From Candidatus Omnitrophota bacterium (GTDB lineage Bacteria > Omnitrophota > Gorgyraeia > Zapsychrales > Fredricksoniimonadaceae): a stretch of 64,000 bases of DNA. The stretch spans positions 67,834-131,833 of the forward strand of contig JAUSEK010000015.1 in assembly GCA_030650275.1 (NCBI GenBank). The letters run 5' to 3'. The notes below the pieces were generated by a model. That model had not been told where the DNA came from. It saw nothing but the letters and a program-made list of their open reading frames with translations, and searched no databases. Positions 32,302 to 42,319 of this stretch are shown here, piece by piece (the first letter of the stretch is position 1; each line of letters starts with the position of its first letter). The position numbers were made by a program, and so were the translations under genes.

Positions 32302-32831
32302 CACCCAACCTTACGACATCCAAGGAACAGGGAATATTGACGCCCTTGCAAAGAGTCCAGGAACAATTTTCACAGGAGGTCGTGGAGACCCATGCTTTCA
32401 GGGGGGACGAAACGCTTGTCATCCGCCCCGGCGCCTTGTTGGCCGTTGCCAAATTTTTGAAAACAGCGCCGGAACTGGATTTCAATTTCCTGATGGACCT
32501 GACGGCAGTGGATTATCTGTTTTTCGCCGGCGGAAGGGTCCAAAAAGAATTCCGTTTTGAAGTTGTTTATCATTTTTATTCCCTCAAACATAACCATCGG
32601 CTTCGCATCAAGGTCCCTGTGGACGAGAAGGACCCCGAGGTGGATACGCTGACAGGCCTTTGGCCGAGCGCTGATTGGTATGAACGGGAAGCGTGGGACA
32701 TGTTCGGCATTCAATTCAAAGGCCACCCGAATTTGAAACGGATCCTGATGTATGAAGAATTCCAGGGGCATGCCCTGCGCAAGGATTATCCGTTCAATAA
32801 ACGTCAACCGCTGATCGGACCACAGAACTGA
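32298..32831 (+). CDS. nuoC: NADH-quinone oxidoreductase subunit C
   Basis: EREAWDMFGI, GHPNLKRIL, LRKDYP. Confidence 0.95.
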   Translation: MTPNLTTSKEQGILTPLQRVQEQFSQEVVETHAFRGDETLVIRPGALLAVAKFLKTAPELDFNFLMDLTAVDYLFFAGGRVQKEFRFEVVYHFYSLKHNHRLRIKVPVDEKDPEVDTLTGLWPSADWYEREAWDMFGIQFKGHPNLKRILMYEEFQGHALRKDYPFNKRQPLIGPQN

Positions 32832-34156
32832 TGGTAACCCAGACGCGCAACATGCTGTTGAACGTAGGCCCTTCGCACCCGGCGATGCACGGGGTCATCC
32901 GCTTGATCATGGAATTGGAAGGCGAGAAGATCAAAGGCGTGGACGTTGAGATCGGGTATCTGCACCGGGCCTTTGAGAAAATGTGCGAAACGGTCATGTA
33001 CGCCCAGTGCTTTCCCTACACCGACCGGCTGAATTACGTTTCTCCGCTTATCAATAACGTCGGTTTCGCGATGACCGTTGAGAAATTGCTGGGCATTGAT
33101 GTCCCGGAACGCGCGAAATACATCCGCGTCATCATGAGCGAGATCTCGCGCGTCACCGACCATCTGACCTGCATCGGCGCTTCCGCCATGGAGCTGGGGG
33201 CCATGTCGGTGTTTTTGTATATGATCAAGGCCCGCGAATATTTGTATGAACTGGTGGAAGAGATCACCGGCGCCCGTCTGACCATTTCTTATGTCCGTAT
33301 CGGCGGGGTCAAGGCCGATCTGACCGCGGGCTTCGTTGACAAGGCCTTCCAGAAGATCGCGGACGTCCGCAAAGTCCTCATTGAGGTGGATGAGCTATTG
33401 ACCCGCAACCGCATTTTTTTTGACCGCATGAAGGGCATCGGCACGATCTCTGCCGACGACGCGATCGCCTACGGGATCACGGGTCCATTCTTAAGGTCCA
33501 CAGGCGTTGCCTATGATGTCCGCAAGGCCAATCCGTATCTCATCTATGACCGCCTGGATTTTGAAGTCCCCACCGGGACCACGGGGGACAATCTGGACCG
33601 TTATTTTGTCCGCATGGCAGAGATGGAGCAAAGCTTGCGGATGATCGAGCAATGCTTCCAGCAGATCCCCGATGGGGCCGTTTCCGGCGAGTTAACGGGC
33701 TGTTTGGTCCCTGCCGCCCAGATGGTTGACCGCGCCAAGATGGGACAAACCGAAGATCTCATTGAAGATGAGGTTGATCTGGATCCCACGTTGCAGGGAG
33801 GGACAAAGAGATATCACGATGCCATCAACGCGGATCAAAAAGACGTTGTCCTGCCCGCCAAAGAAAATACCTACGGCAATATTGAGGGTTTGATGAACCA
33901 CTTTAAGCTGGTCATGTATGGCCACGGGATCCGTCCTCCCGTCGGAGAGGTTTATTTCCCCGTGGAAGGGGCCAATGGAGAATTGGGATTTTATATTGTC
34001 AGTGACGGCAGGGACCTTCCCTGGAGGGTGCGCGTCCATCCGCCGTGTTTCCCGATCATGGCCGCGCTGCCCAAATGTCTGGTCGGCGGCATGATGGCAG
34101 ACATGGTCTCCACATTCGGGTCCGTCAACATGATCGCGGGCGAGCTGGATAGATAA
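32831..34156 (+). CDS. nuoD: NADH-quinone oxidoreductase subunit D
   Basis: GPSHPAMHG, GYLHRAFEK, DRLNY, GELDR. Confidence 0.95.
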   Translation: MVTQTRNMLLNVGPSHPAMHGVIRLIMELEGEKIKGVDVEIGYLHRAFEKMCETVMYAQCFPYTDRLNYVSPLINNVGFAMTVEKLLGIDVPERAKYIRVIMSEISRVTDHLTCIGASAMELGAMSVFLYMIKAREYLYELVEEITGARLTISYVRIGGVKADLTAGFVDKAFQKIADVRKVLIEVDELLTRNRIFFDRMKGIGTISADDAIAYGITGPFLRSTGVAYDVRKANPYLIYDRLDFEVPTGTTGDNLDRYFVRMAEMEQSLRMIEQCFQQIPDGAVSGELTGCLVPAAQMVDRAKMGQTEDLIEDEVDLDPTLQGGTKRYHDAINADQKDVVLPAKENTYGNIEGLMNHFKLVMYGHGIRPPVGEVYFPVEGANGELGFYIVSDGRDLPWRVRVHPPCFPIMAALPKCLVGGMMADMVSTFGSVNMIAGELDR

Positions 34157-34157
34157 A

Positions 34158-34622
34158 ATGTTCACCACAGATCTGTTACGACAATTGGACAAGATCGCAG
34201 GTCAGTATGAGCAAAAACAGGCCGCGCTTTTGCCTGTTCTGCACGCGATCCAGGAGAAGGAGGGGTTGATCTCCCCGGAGTCGGAACAGGACGTTTCCCG
34301 GTATTTGGGCATTCCCGTGGTCCACGTCCATGAAGCGGTTTCTTTTTACCATTTGTTCCATCAAACAAAAAAAGGCAAATGCCATTTTTCGGTCTGTCAG
34401 ACCACGTCCTGCGCCTTGCTCGGAGGCGAGGACATCATTGAACATCTTAAAACGCGCCTGGGGATCAAGTCCGGGGAAACAACTCCCGACGGAAAGTTCA
34501 GTTTGAGCGTGGTGGAGTGCCTGGGGGCGTGCGAGTTAGCGCCCATGATGCAGTACAACAAGGAATACAGGGGTTTCTTGAACAAAAAGAAGATCGATGA
34601 GTTGATCGATAAGAATAAATGA
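34158..34622 (+). CDS. nuoE: NADH-quinone oxidoreductase subunit E
   Basis: CQTTSC and ECLGAC 2Fe-2S motifs. Confidence 0.95.
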   Translation: MFTTDLLRQLDKIAGQYEQKQAALLPVLHAIQEKEGLISPESEQDVSRYLGIPVVHVHEAVSFYHLFHQTKKGKCHFSVCQTTSCALLGGEDIIEHLKTRLGIKSGETTPDGKFSLSVVECLGACELAPMMQYNKEYRGFLNKKKIDELIDKNK

Positions 34623-34701
34623 CACCGAAGGTGTCACCCCCGAATGTTTTAGTCGGGGGTCCAGTGCACTGGATTCCCGATAAAAGCATTCGGGAATGAC
34701 A
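34620..34701. repeat. TGTCA-family REP-like element, copy 2 (inverted relative to copy 1)
   Basis: tgacaccgaaggtgtcacccccgaatg...cattcgggaatgaca; begins on the nuoE TGA stop. Confidence 0.85.
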
Positions 34702-34710
34702 AGGATTGTT

Positions 34711-35970
34711 ATGGAAAAAGTCCTCACCAGAAATTTCGGCCTGGAAAATTCGCACCGCCTTGAGACCTATCTTAAAAACAAGGGTTATCAGGCGGCCCGC
34801 AAGGCCTTGACCAAAATGACGGGGCCCCAAGTCATTGATGAGATCAAAAAGTCCAATCTGCGGGGGCTCGGAGGGGCAGGTTTCCCGACGGGGATGAAGT
34901 GGGGCTTTATCCCGCAGGCCAACCCGAAACCGAAATATTTGGTCGTCAACGGGGATGAAGGCGAGCCGGGCACGTTCAAGGATAAATACATTTTTGAAAA
35001 AGATCCCCACGCCCTGCTTGAAGGGATCATCATCACCTGCTATGCCATCGCAAGTCACAAGGCCTATGTGTATGTCCGCGGCGAATACGTCAAATCCATG
35101 CAGACCCTGCAAGCCGCGATCGACGAGGCAAATTCATCGGGGTATTTGGGCAAGGGGATCATGGGAACGACGTTTGATCTTGATGTGGTCGTGCATCCGG
35201 GGGCCGGGGCATACATTTGCGGGGAGGAAACAGCGCTTTTGGAATCGCTGGAAGGCAAAAAAGGATTTCCCCGCCTTAAGCCGCCGTTTCCCGCGGTGGT
35301 GGGATTATTTGGATGCCCGACGGTGATCAACAATGTTGAGACCCTCTCCTGCGTGGGGCCCATCATTGCCAACGGCGGTGAATGGTTCGCCAAATTGGGC
35401 TCTCCCAAAAATGGCGGGAACCGGCTTTTTTGCGTGAGCGGGCATGTGAATAAACCCGGGGTTTATGAACTGCCCAACGGCATCACCCTGCGCGCAATCA
35501 TCTATGAGCATGCCGGAGGGATCCCCAACGGCAGGAAACTCAAAGCCGTTATCCCCGGGGGAATATCAGCTCCGGTCCTGACCGCGGATGAAATTGATGT
35601 GAAAATGGATTTTGATTCCTTAAAAGCGATCGGCTCCATGGCCGGCTCCGGCGGGATCATCGTCATGGATGACACCACGGACATGGTCTGGGCAGCCATG
35701 GTCGCGGCGCGGTTTTTCGCGCATGAATCCTGCGGCCAGTGTTCGCCCTGCCGCGAGGGCAGCGGATGGGTCTACAACAATTTGAAAAAACTTTATCAAG
35801 GGGGAGCGCGGCCGCATGATCTGGCCAATCTTCCGGGGATCATCGGCAATATCGGCGGCAACACGATCTGCGCTTTTGGCGACGCGGTGACCATGTCCGT
35901 CGGCAGTTATGTCTCCAAATTCCGCGAAGAGTTTGAAAACAAGATCAAAGAGAGAGTATGCCGAATCTGA
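34711..35970 (+). CDS. nuoF: NADH-quinone oxidoreductase subunit F
   Basis: LRGLGGAGFPTG, DEGEPG, GAYICGEETAL, CGQCSPCREG. Confidence 0.96.
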   Translation: MEKVLTRNFGLENSHRLETYLKNKGYQAARKALTKMTGPQVIDEIKKSNLRGLGGAGFPTGMKWGFIPQANPKPKYLVVNGDEGEPGTFKDKYIFEKDPHALLEGIIITCYAIASHKAYVYVRGEYVKSMQTLQAAIDEANSSGYLGKGIMGTTFDLDVVVHPGAGAYICGEETALLESLEGKKGFPRLKPPFPAVVGLFGCPTVINNVETLSCVGPIIANGGEWFAKLGSPKNGGNRLFCVSGHVNKPGVYELPNGITLRAIIYEHAGGIPNGRKLKAVIPGGISAPVLTADEIDVKMDFDSLKAIGSMAGSGGIIVMDDTTDMVWAAMVAARFFAHESCGQCSPCREGSGWVYNNLKKLYQGGARPHDLANLPGIIGNIGGNTICAFGDAVTMSVGSYVSKFREEFENKIKERVCRI

Positions 35971-37529
35971 CCATTGACGGACAAAAGATAGAGGTCCCGG
36001 CCGGGACAACAATTATCCAGGCCGCGGAGAAATTGGGAATTGAAATTCCCCGTTACTGTTATCATCCGGCCCTGCCTGTGGCCGGCAATTGCCGCATCTG
36101 CATGGTGGAAGTTGAAAAACAGCCCAAACTGCAGATCGCCTGCTATACGCCGGTGGCCGCGGGCATGGTTGTTAAGACGACTTCCCCCAAAGTTCTTGAA
36201 GCCCGTAAAAACGTATTGGAATTTTTGCTCGTCAATCATCCGCTGGACTGCCCGGTGTGTGACCAGGCCGGGGAGTGCAAGCTCCAGGATTACTATATGG
36301 AACATGGCCAGTACGATAGCCGTCTGGCGTCTGTGAAGGTCAAAAAAGAAAAAAAGGCCTTTTCCATCGGCCCGACGGTGATGCTGGACCAGGAACGCTG
36401 CATCCTCTGCACCCGCTGTGTGCGTTTTACGGATACGATCACCAAGACCAGCGAATTCGGGGTTTTTGACCGCGGTGATCATTCACAGCTGGATGTTTAT
36501 CCCGGCAAAGAGCTGGACAACAAATATTCCGGGAACGTCGTTGATATTTGCCCGGTCGGTGCTTTGACCGACAAGGACTTCCGCTTCAAATGCCGTGTTT
36601 GGTATCTGGACCACACCAAATCCGTGTGTCCGGGCTGCAGCATGGGGTGCAATATTGACATTGATTGGGACAAGTCGCGGCCGCACACAGAGAAAAAAGA
36701 GCGCGTGATGCGCTTAAAGCCGCGGCACAACCCCGACGTCAACAATTACTGGATCTGCGACAGCGGACGGTACAATTACCATTTTATTGACGAGAACCGT
36801 ATCCTGTCCCCGCAATACTTGGACAAGATCGTTGAATGGGGCGAGGCGATGGAACGGGTCGCCGAAACGATCCAATCCACCAAGGCGGAGCGCATTGGGG
36901 TTTTGGCCTCGGCCCAACTGACCAATGAAGACCTGTTCGTTATCCGCAAATTGTTCAAAGACACCCTTAAAGCGCACGTGGATTTCAGGGTGCCTGAAAA
37001 ACCGGGTGATAGTGATGATTTCCTTATCAAAGCGGACAAGAATCCCAACACGGCCGGCGCAGCGTCCATCCTTGGGGCCCAGGCAGACGCGCAGACCATC
37101 GTGCAAAAAGCAAAGCAGGGAGAACTTGACCTTCTTTATGTGTTCGGCCATGACCTGGTCAAGCTATTCGGCAAAGAGACCGTCGCGCAAATCGCCAAGA
37201 AGACCAAACTTTTTGTTTTTCAGGGCAGCAATATCAACGACACCTGCGGCTATGCCCATTTGAACCTGCCCAGCAGTGTTTACGCGGAAAAAGACGGGAC
37301 ATTCACCAATTGCCAGCAGAGGGTGCAGCGCATCCGGCCGGCATTCTTTCCGTTGGGCGAATCCAAAGGTGATTGGGAGATCGTGTCCTTTGTCGCCGGA
37401 CAATTGGGGGCCCCGCTTTCTTACAAAGGTCCCCAGGACGTATTTGATGACATCGTCAAAACCGTTGCCGGGTTTGCGGGGATGTCTTATGAGAAGATCG
37501 GCGATCAAGGAATGATCTTAAAAAAATAA
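35958..37529 (+). CDS. nuoG: NADH-quinone oxidoreductase subunit G
   Basis: CYHP...CRIC, HPLDCPVCDQAGEC, CILCTRC, CPGCSMGC. Confidence 0.93.
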   Translation: MPNLTIDGQKIEVPAGTTIIQAAEKLGIEIPRYCYHPALPVAGNCRICMVEVEKQPKLQIACYTPVAAGMVVKTTSPKVLEARKNVLEFLLVNHPLDCPVCDQAGECKLQDYYMEHGQYDSRLASVKVKKEKKAFSIGPTVMLDQERCILCTRCVRFTDTITKTSEFGVFDRGDHSQLDVYPGKELDNKYSGNVVDICPVGALTDKDFRFKCRVWYLDHTKSVCPGCSMGCNIDIDWDKSRPHTEKKERVMRLKPRHNPDVNNYWICDSGRYNYHFIDENRILSPQYLDKIVEWGEAMERVAETIQSTKAERIGVLASAQLTNEDLFVIRKLFKDTLKAHVDFRVPEKPGDSDDFLIKADKNPNTAGAASILGAQADAQTIVQKAKQGELDLLYVFGHDLVKLFGKETVAQIAKKTKLFVFQGSNINDTCGYAHLNLPSSVYAEKDGTFTNCQQRVQRIRPAFFPLGESKGDWEIVSFVAGQLGAPLSYKGPQDVFDDIVKTVAGFAGMSYEKIGDQGMILKK

Positions 37530-37532
37530 ACC

Positions 37533-38621
37533 ATGCAAGACATTTGGATCAAACTGATATTGGCCTGCGGTACGATATCAATGATGTTCGGCATCGCCGG
37601 GCTGTTGACCTGGGTTGAGCGCAAGCAAAGCGCGGTGATGCAGGACCGCATCGGCGCTAACCGCGCGTCCATTTTCGGCTTCAAGGCTCTGGGCCTTTTT
37701 CACGCCATCGCCGACGTGCTCAAAATGCTTAGCAAAGAGGAATTCATCCCACAGGGCGCCAACAAGTTCCTGTTCAATATTGCCCCTTATTTATCCATCA
37801 CGTTCGCTCTGGTCGGTTTTGCGGCCATCCCCATCGGCGATCAGCTGATCGTGGGGACCAAGGTCATTGAACTTCAGGCCGCGAATATCAACATTGCCCT
37901 TCTTTTTATTTTTGCCATGATGTCCATGAGCGTTTATGGCGTGGTGCTGGCCGGGTTTTCTTCCAATAATAATTATGCTTTTTTGGGCGGGATGCGCGGC
38001 GCCGCCCAGATGATCGCGTATGAGATCACCATGGGGGCGGCCATCATGGGCGTCATCATGGTCTATAACACGCTGGACCTTCAAGCGCTGGTCCGCGCTC
38101 AAGGGGAATATCTGATGGGTGGCTGGCTTCCCAAATGGGGGGTCTTTGTCCAGCCGCTGGCCTTTATTTTATTTTTGACCGCGGCCACGGCCGAGACCAA
38201 ACGCACCCCGTTTGACCTTCCCGAGGGGGAGTCGGAGATCGTCGGCTATTTCGTGGAATACAGCGGCATGAAATTCGGCATGTTCTTTATGGCCGATTTG
38301 GTGGAAACAGTCCTGGTTTCCGCCCTCATGACGACCTTGTTTTTGGGCGGATGGCAGGTGCCTTATCTGCATCCGGATGGATTTCACTTCCCGTGGGGGA
38401 GCTTTGCCGCGCTGCCGCATCTGGCTGTCGCGGGCTTAGGGGTTTTGGCGTTCTTTGCCAAACTGACTTTCTTTATCGGGATGTTAATGGCTGTGCGCTG
38501 GACCCTGCCGAGATTCCGTTATGACCAACTGATGCGTTTAGGATGGCAGATATTGCTTCCGGCATCCCTGGTTAACATCGCGGTCACGGCAATTGTGCTT
38601 ATAGTATTTAAAATTTTATAA
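37533..38621 (+). CDS. nuoH: NADH-quinone oxidoreductase subunit H
   Basis: ERKQSAVMQDRIG, RTPFDLPEGESE, PRFRYDQLM. Confidence 0.96.
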   Translation: MQDIWIKLILACGTISMMFGIAGLLTWVERKQSAVMQDRIGANRASIFGFKALGLFHAIADVLKMLSKEEFIPQGANKFLFNIAPYLSITFALVGFAAIPIGDQLIVGTKVIELQAANINIALLFIFAMMSMSVYGVVLAGFSSNNNYAFLGGMRGAAQMIAYEITMGAAIMGVIMVYNTLDLQALVRAQGEYLMGGWLPKWGVFVQPLAFILFLTAATAETKRTPFDLPEGESEIVGYFVEYSGMKFGMFFMADLVETVLVSALMTTLFLGGWQVPYLHPDGFHFPWGSFAALPHLAVAGLGVLAFFAKLTFFIGMLMAVRWTLPRFRYDQLMRLGWQILLPASLVNIAVTAIVLIVFKIL

Positions 38622-38632
38622 GAGTATGATTT

Positions 38633-38666
38633 TTTCCGCCAGAGGCGGATCCGCCTTTGGCGGAAA
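38633..38666. repeat. CCGCC-N3-GGCGG double palindrome
   Basis: tttccgccagaggcggatccgcctttggcggaaa, a near-perfect 34-bp palindrome. Confidence 0.75.
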
Positions 38667-38675
38667 GGTGAATTC

Positions 38676-39260
38676 ATGGAACACCCGGAACTTGAGAAAT
38701 ATTTTGATGTCAAAGGGCCTTTTGCTTTTTTGCGCTTGGCCCAGATGAAGCGGGCGTGGAAGAACAAGAACCGCCGTGAATTGACATGGTGGGAGAATAC
38801 CTATATCCCGTCGGTGGTCAGCGGCATCTATCTGACCTCCAAACATTTCTTCCGCAACTTCACCCTGCACGTTTTTCATGCCGTCGGCCTTTTTAAGGAA
38901 ATTCCCGCCGCGGTCACGTGTCAATATCCCGAACAGACCCGGCCTTTGGCCAGCCGGACAAGGACGCGCCACCGGCTGACGAAACGCGAGGACGGTTCTC
39001 CCCGGTGTGTGGCCTGCATGATGTGCGAGACCGTCTGCCCCGCCCGCTGCATTGAGATCACGGCGGCCGAACACCCGGACCCCAACATTGAGAAATACCC
39101 AGCCGAATTCATCCTGGATCTGGGCAAATGCGTCTACTGCGGTTTTTGCGTGGAGGTCTGCCCGGAAGATGCCATCCGCATGGACACCGGCCGGCTCGAT
39201 ATCGCTGAATATTCCCGCGAAAGCATGATTTACGACAAAAAGCGGCTGATGGAAGAGTAA
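38676..39260 (+). CDS. nuoI: NADH-quinone oxidoreductase subunit I
   Basis: CVACMMCETVCP and CVYCGFCVEVCP. Confidence 0.95.
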   Translation: MEHPELEKYFDVKGPFAFLRLAQMKRAWKNKNRRELTWWENTYIPSVVSGIYLTSKHFFRNFTLHVFHAVGLFKEIPAAVTCQYPEQTRPLASRTRTRHRLTKREDGSPRCVACMMCETVCPARCIEITAAEHPDPNIEKYPAEFILDLGKCVYCGFCVEVCPEDAIRMDTGRLDIAEYSRESMIYDKKRLMEE

Positions 39261-39269
39261 AGGAGGGTA

Positions 39270-41528
39270 ATGAGAATAACGTTGAGACTTGTGTGTTTCT
39301 TGGTCGGTATTGTGGCCCTGGTCGCGCTCGTGTTCTCATTCTGGCAGGTCAGGCAGGAAGAAGACCGTCTCAAGGGAGAATTGGAAAAAAGGGCCGGTGT
39401 TTTTGCCGACAGCCTCAAGATCGCGGTTGAGCCGTTATTATCGGCTGATAATGTTCAGGCCCTTCAGAGCATGGTGGACAGGTTTTCTAATCGTGAACGG
39501 CTGGTTGGCATCGCCATTCATGATGTCCGGGAAAATTTGATCGTCGCATCCACGGAGATCCGTCCGCGGCTGGAAAAAGACCCGGGCTTCTGGGCGCAGG
39601 GGGTCCAGGACGTTGAGCGTTCAGGCGGGGAGCACGGCAGTTTTATGGGCTTCGGGAACGAGGCATTATATGTGTATGCCATTCCGATCCTGGCGGACAA
39701 CGAGGTCACGCGCGTTCTGTCGATCTTTTATGATGCCGGTTATATCCAGGAACGCATCCACCGCCTCTGGATCAACAGTTTTTGGCGGGCCTCTATCCAG
39801 GCATTCCTGATCACATTAGCGACGTTTCTTCTTATTTATCTCAACGTGATGGCCCCCATCAAGAAAACCACCGAATGGATCAGGAGGATCCGCAAAGGTG
39901 AATCTGTTCCCAGGCTGGATGCCAAGGGAGAATTGCTGCTGGGCCCTTTGGCCCAGGAGATCACACAAATGGCCAAAAGTTTGGAGATGGCCAGATTTGC
40001 CGCCGAGGAAGAGGCCCGTTTGCGGTATTCTTCGGAATCCCGATGGACGCCGGAGCGTTTGAAGGAGGTGGTACGGCTCAAGCTTAAGGACAAGCCGCTG
40101 TTCGTGGTCTCCAACAGGGAGCCGTACATGCATATTCATAACGGCAATCGGATCGAGTGCATTGTCCCGGCCAGCGGCTTGGTCACGGCCCTTGAGCCGG
40201 TGCTCAATGCCTGCGGAGGCACATGGATCGCGCAGGGCTCGGGTGACGCGGACAGGGAAACGGTCGACAAGAACGATAAGGTCAGGGTCCCTGTGCAGGA
40301 GCCGAAATACACCCTGCGGCGCGTATGGGTGGACAAGGACGTGGAAGAAGGATTTTATTCCGGATTTTCTAATGAAGGACTATGGCCTTTGTGCCATATC
40401 GCGCATACCCGGCCCATTTTCAGGAGCAAGGACTGGGCCGATTACAAGGCCGTCAACAAGAAGTTTGCCGACGCGGTCCTGCAAGAGATCGACGGGGTGG
40501 AGGGGCCTTATATTTTGATACAGGATTATCATTTTGCGTTGCTGCCGCGTTTGATCAAAACGGCAAGGCCGGATGCGCGGGTGGCGATCTTCTGGCACAT
40601 TCCGTGGCCGAATCCGGAATCGTTCGGCATTTGTCCATGGCGCAAAGACCTTTTGCAGGGCATGCTCGGCGCGGACCTTATCGGTTTCCATACGCAATTC
40701 CATTGCAATAACTTTATCGAATCCGTGGACCGGTTCCTCGAATGCCGCATTGATTATGAGCATTTTACCGTCAATCGTGAGGGCCACACCACATGGATCA
40801 AGCCGTTTGCCATCAGCATCGATTTCAATCCCGCCGACGGGGCCCAGCCCCAGACCCCATCCACAAAAGAGGGCCTGCTGAAACCCCACGGCATCCAGGC
40901 CCAATGGCTTGGTGTGGGAGTGGACCGGCTGGATTATACCAAGGGCATCGTGGAAAGGTTTCGGGCCATCGAGAACCTGCTGGACAATCATTCGGCCTTC
41001 AAGGGAAAACTCACCTTTGTCGAATTGGGGGCCCCGAGCCGCATCATGATCCCCAAGTATAAGGAATTCATCGATGAGATCGTCAAGGAGACCGAGCGCA
41101 TCAACGCGAAGTTCAAAACAAAGAACTGGCAGCCCATCCTGCTGTTGATGAAACACCACAGCCACAAGGACATCATCCCGTTTTATAAGGCCGCGGACGT
41201 GTGCATGGTGACGTCCTTGCACGACGGGATGAACCTGGTCGCCAAGGAATTCATTGCGGCGCGCGATGATGAGCAAGGAGTGCTGGTCCTAAGCCAGTTC
41301 ACCGGGGCTTCCAGGGAATTGAAGGACGCGCTGATCGTCAATCCTTATGATGTCGGTCAGATGTCGGAGGCACTCAAGCAGGCCCTGGAAATGCCGGACA
41401 AGGAACAGGCCGAGCGCATGAAGCGCATGCGCGATATCATCAAAGACAACAATATTTACCGCTGGGCCGGCGAACTGGTGGGACAATTGACCCAGGTCCG
41501 GATCGAGGGCGAGGAACCTTCCGCATGA
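39270..41528 (+). CDS. otsA: Trehalose-6-phosphate synthase (GT20) with N-terminal TM-sensor-TM-HAMP-like module
   Basis: [38 protein letters not shown]; about 260-aa N-terminal membrane module. Confidence 0.9.
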   Translation: MRITLRLVCFLVGIVALVALVFSFWQVRQEEDRLKGELEKRAGVFADSLKIAVEPLLSADNVQALQSMVDRFSNRERLVGIAIHDVRENLIVASTEIRPRLEKDPGFWAQGVQDVERSGGEHGSFMGFGNEALYVYAIPILADNEVTRVLSIFYDAGYIQERIHRLWINSFWRASIQAFLITLATFLLIYLNVMAPIKKTTEWIRRIRKGESVPRLDAKGELLLGPLAQEITQMAKSLEMARFAAEEEARLRYSSESRWTPERLKEVVRLKLKDKPLFVVSNREPYMHIHNGNRIECIVPASGLVTALEPVLNACGGTWIAQGSGDADRETVDKNDKVRVPVQEPKYTLRRVWVDKDVEEGFYSGFSNEGLWPLCHIAHTRPIFRSKDWADYKAVNKKFADAVLQEIDGVEGPYILIQDYHFALLPRLIKTARPDARVAIFWHIPWPNPESFGICPWRKDLLQGMLGADLIGFHTQFHCNNFIESVDRFLECRIDYEHFTVNREGHTTWIKPFAISIDFNPADGAQPQTPSTKEGLLKPHGIQAQWLGVGVDRLDYTKGIVERFRAIENLLDNHSAFKGKLTFVELGAPSRIMIPKYKEFIDEIVKETERINAKFKTKNWQPILLLMKHHSHKDIIPFYKAADVCMVTSLHDGMNLVAKEFIAARDDEQGVLVLSQFTGASRELKDALIVNPYDVGQMSEALKQALEMPDKEQAERMKRMRDIIKDNNIYRWAGELVGQLTQVRIEGEEPSA

Positions 41529-42319
41529 CGCAAATTTTCGACGCTCTGGATGCGTTAAAGGGCCGCGTCGCCGGCAGAGAGCTGGTCCTTTTTTTGGATT
41601 ATGACGGCACGCTGGCGCCGATCGCACAGAGGCCGGAGAAGGCCGTACTCGCCTCCGCGATGCGGTCGCTCTTGCAGGACCTGGCTGCGGCCCCCGCGTG
41701 CAAGGTCTGCGTTGTCAGCGGCAGGGCGCTCGCGGACATCAAGGAGCTCACCGGTGTCAGCAATATTAGTTATGTCGGCAATCACGGCCTTGAAATGGAC
41801 GTTCCCGATTTCGTTTTCGGGAATTTCGATCTTGCGCGGACCGGGGAAGTTCTGGGTCTCTTGAAGGAAGAGATCGGCAAGGCCATCTCTTCTTTCGAAG
41901 GTGCGTTCGTTGAGGACAAGGGTATCACGTTGAGCGTGCACTACCGCCTTGTCAGTCCCCGGTCGGAAGACCCCATCAAACGTTTGCTGGAGGACATCAC
42001 GAAACCCTTCGTGGCCAGGGGGGAAGTGCGCGTCAGTTCGGGCAAGAAGGTTTTTGAAATAAAGCCGCTCATTGATTGGGACAAGGGCCGGGCCGTTGCA
42101 TGGCTCTTGGGCGAGCATCAAAAGGCCTGCGGGACGATGCCAGCTGTCGTTTATATCGGGGATGACCGGACGGACGAGGATGCGTTCAAAGCCCTTACAG
42201 GCAGGGGCATCACCATCAAGGTCGGCGAAGGCGCAACGGCCGCGGAGTATCATGTGAAAGACCAGAACGAGGTCATTGTCCTGTTGAAGGCGATCTTGGG
42301 CTTAAGGAGGAAGGAATGA
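41525..42319 (+). CDS. otsB: Trehalose-6-phosphate phosphatase
   Basis: FLDYDGTL, VSGR, GNHG, WDKG, GDDRTDEDAF. Confidence 0.94.
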   Translation: MTQIFDALDALKGRVAGRELVLFLDYDGTLAPIAQRPEKAVLASAMRSLLQDLAAAPACKVCVVSGRALADIKELTGVSNISYVGNHGLEMDVPDFVFGNFDLARTGEVLGLLKEEIGKAISSFEGAFVEDKGITLSVHYRLVSPRSEDPIKRLLEDITKPFVARGEVRVSSGKKVFEIKPLIDWDKGRAVAWLLGEHQKACGTMPAVVYIGDDRTDEDAFKALTGRGITIKVGEGATAAEYHVKDQNEVIVLLKAILGLRRKE

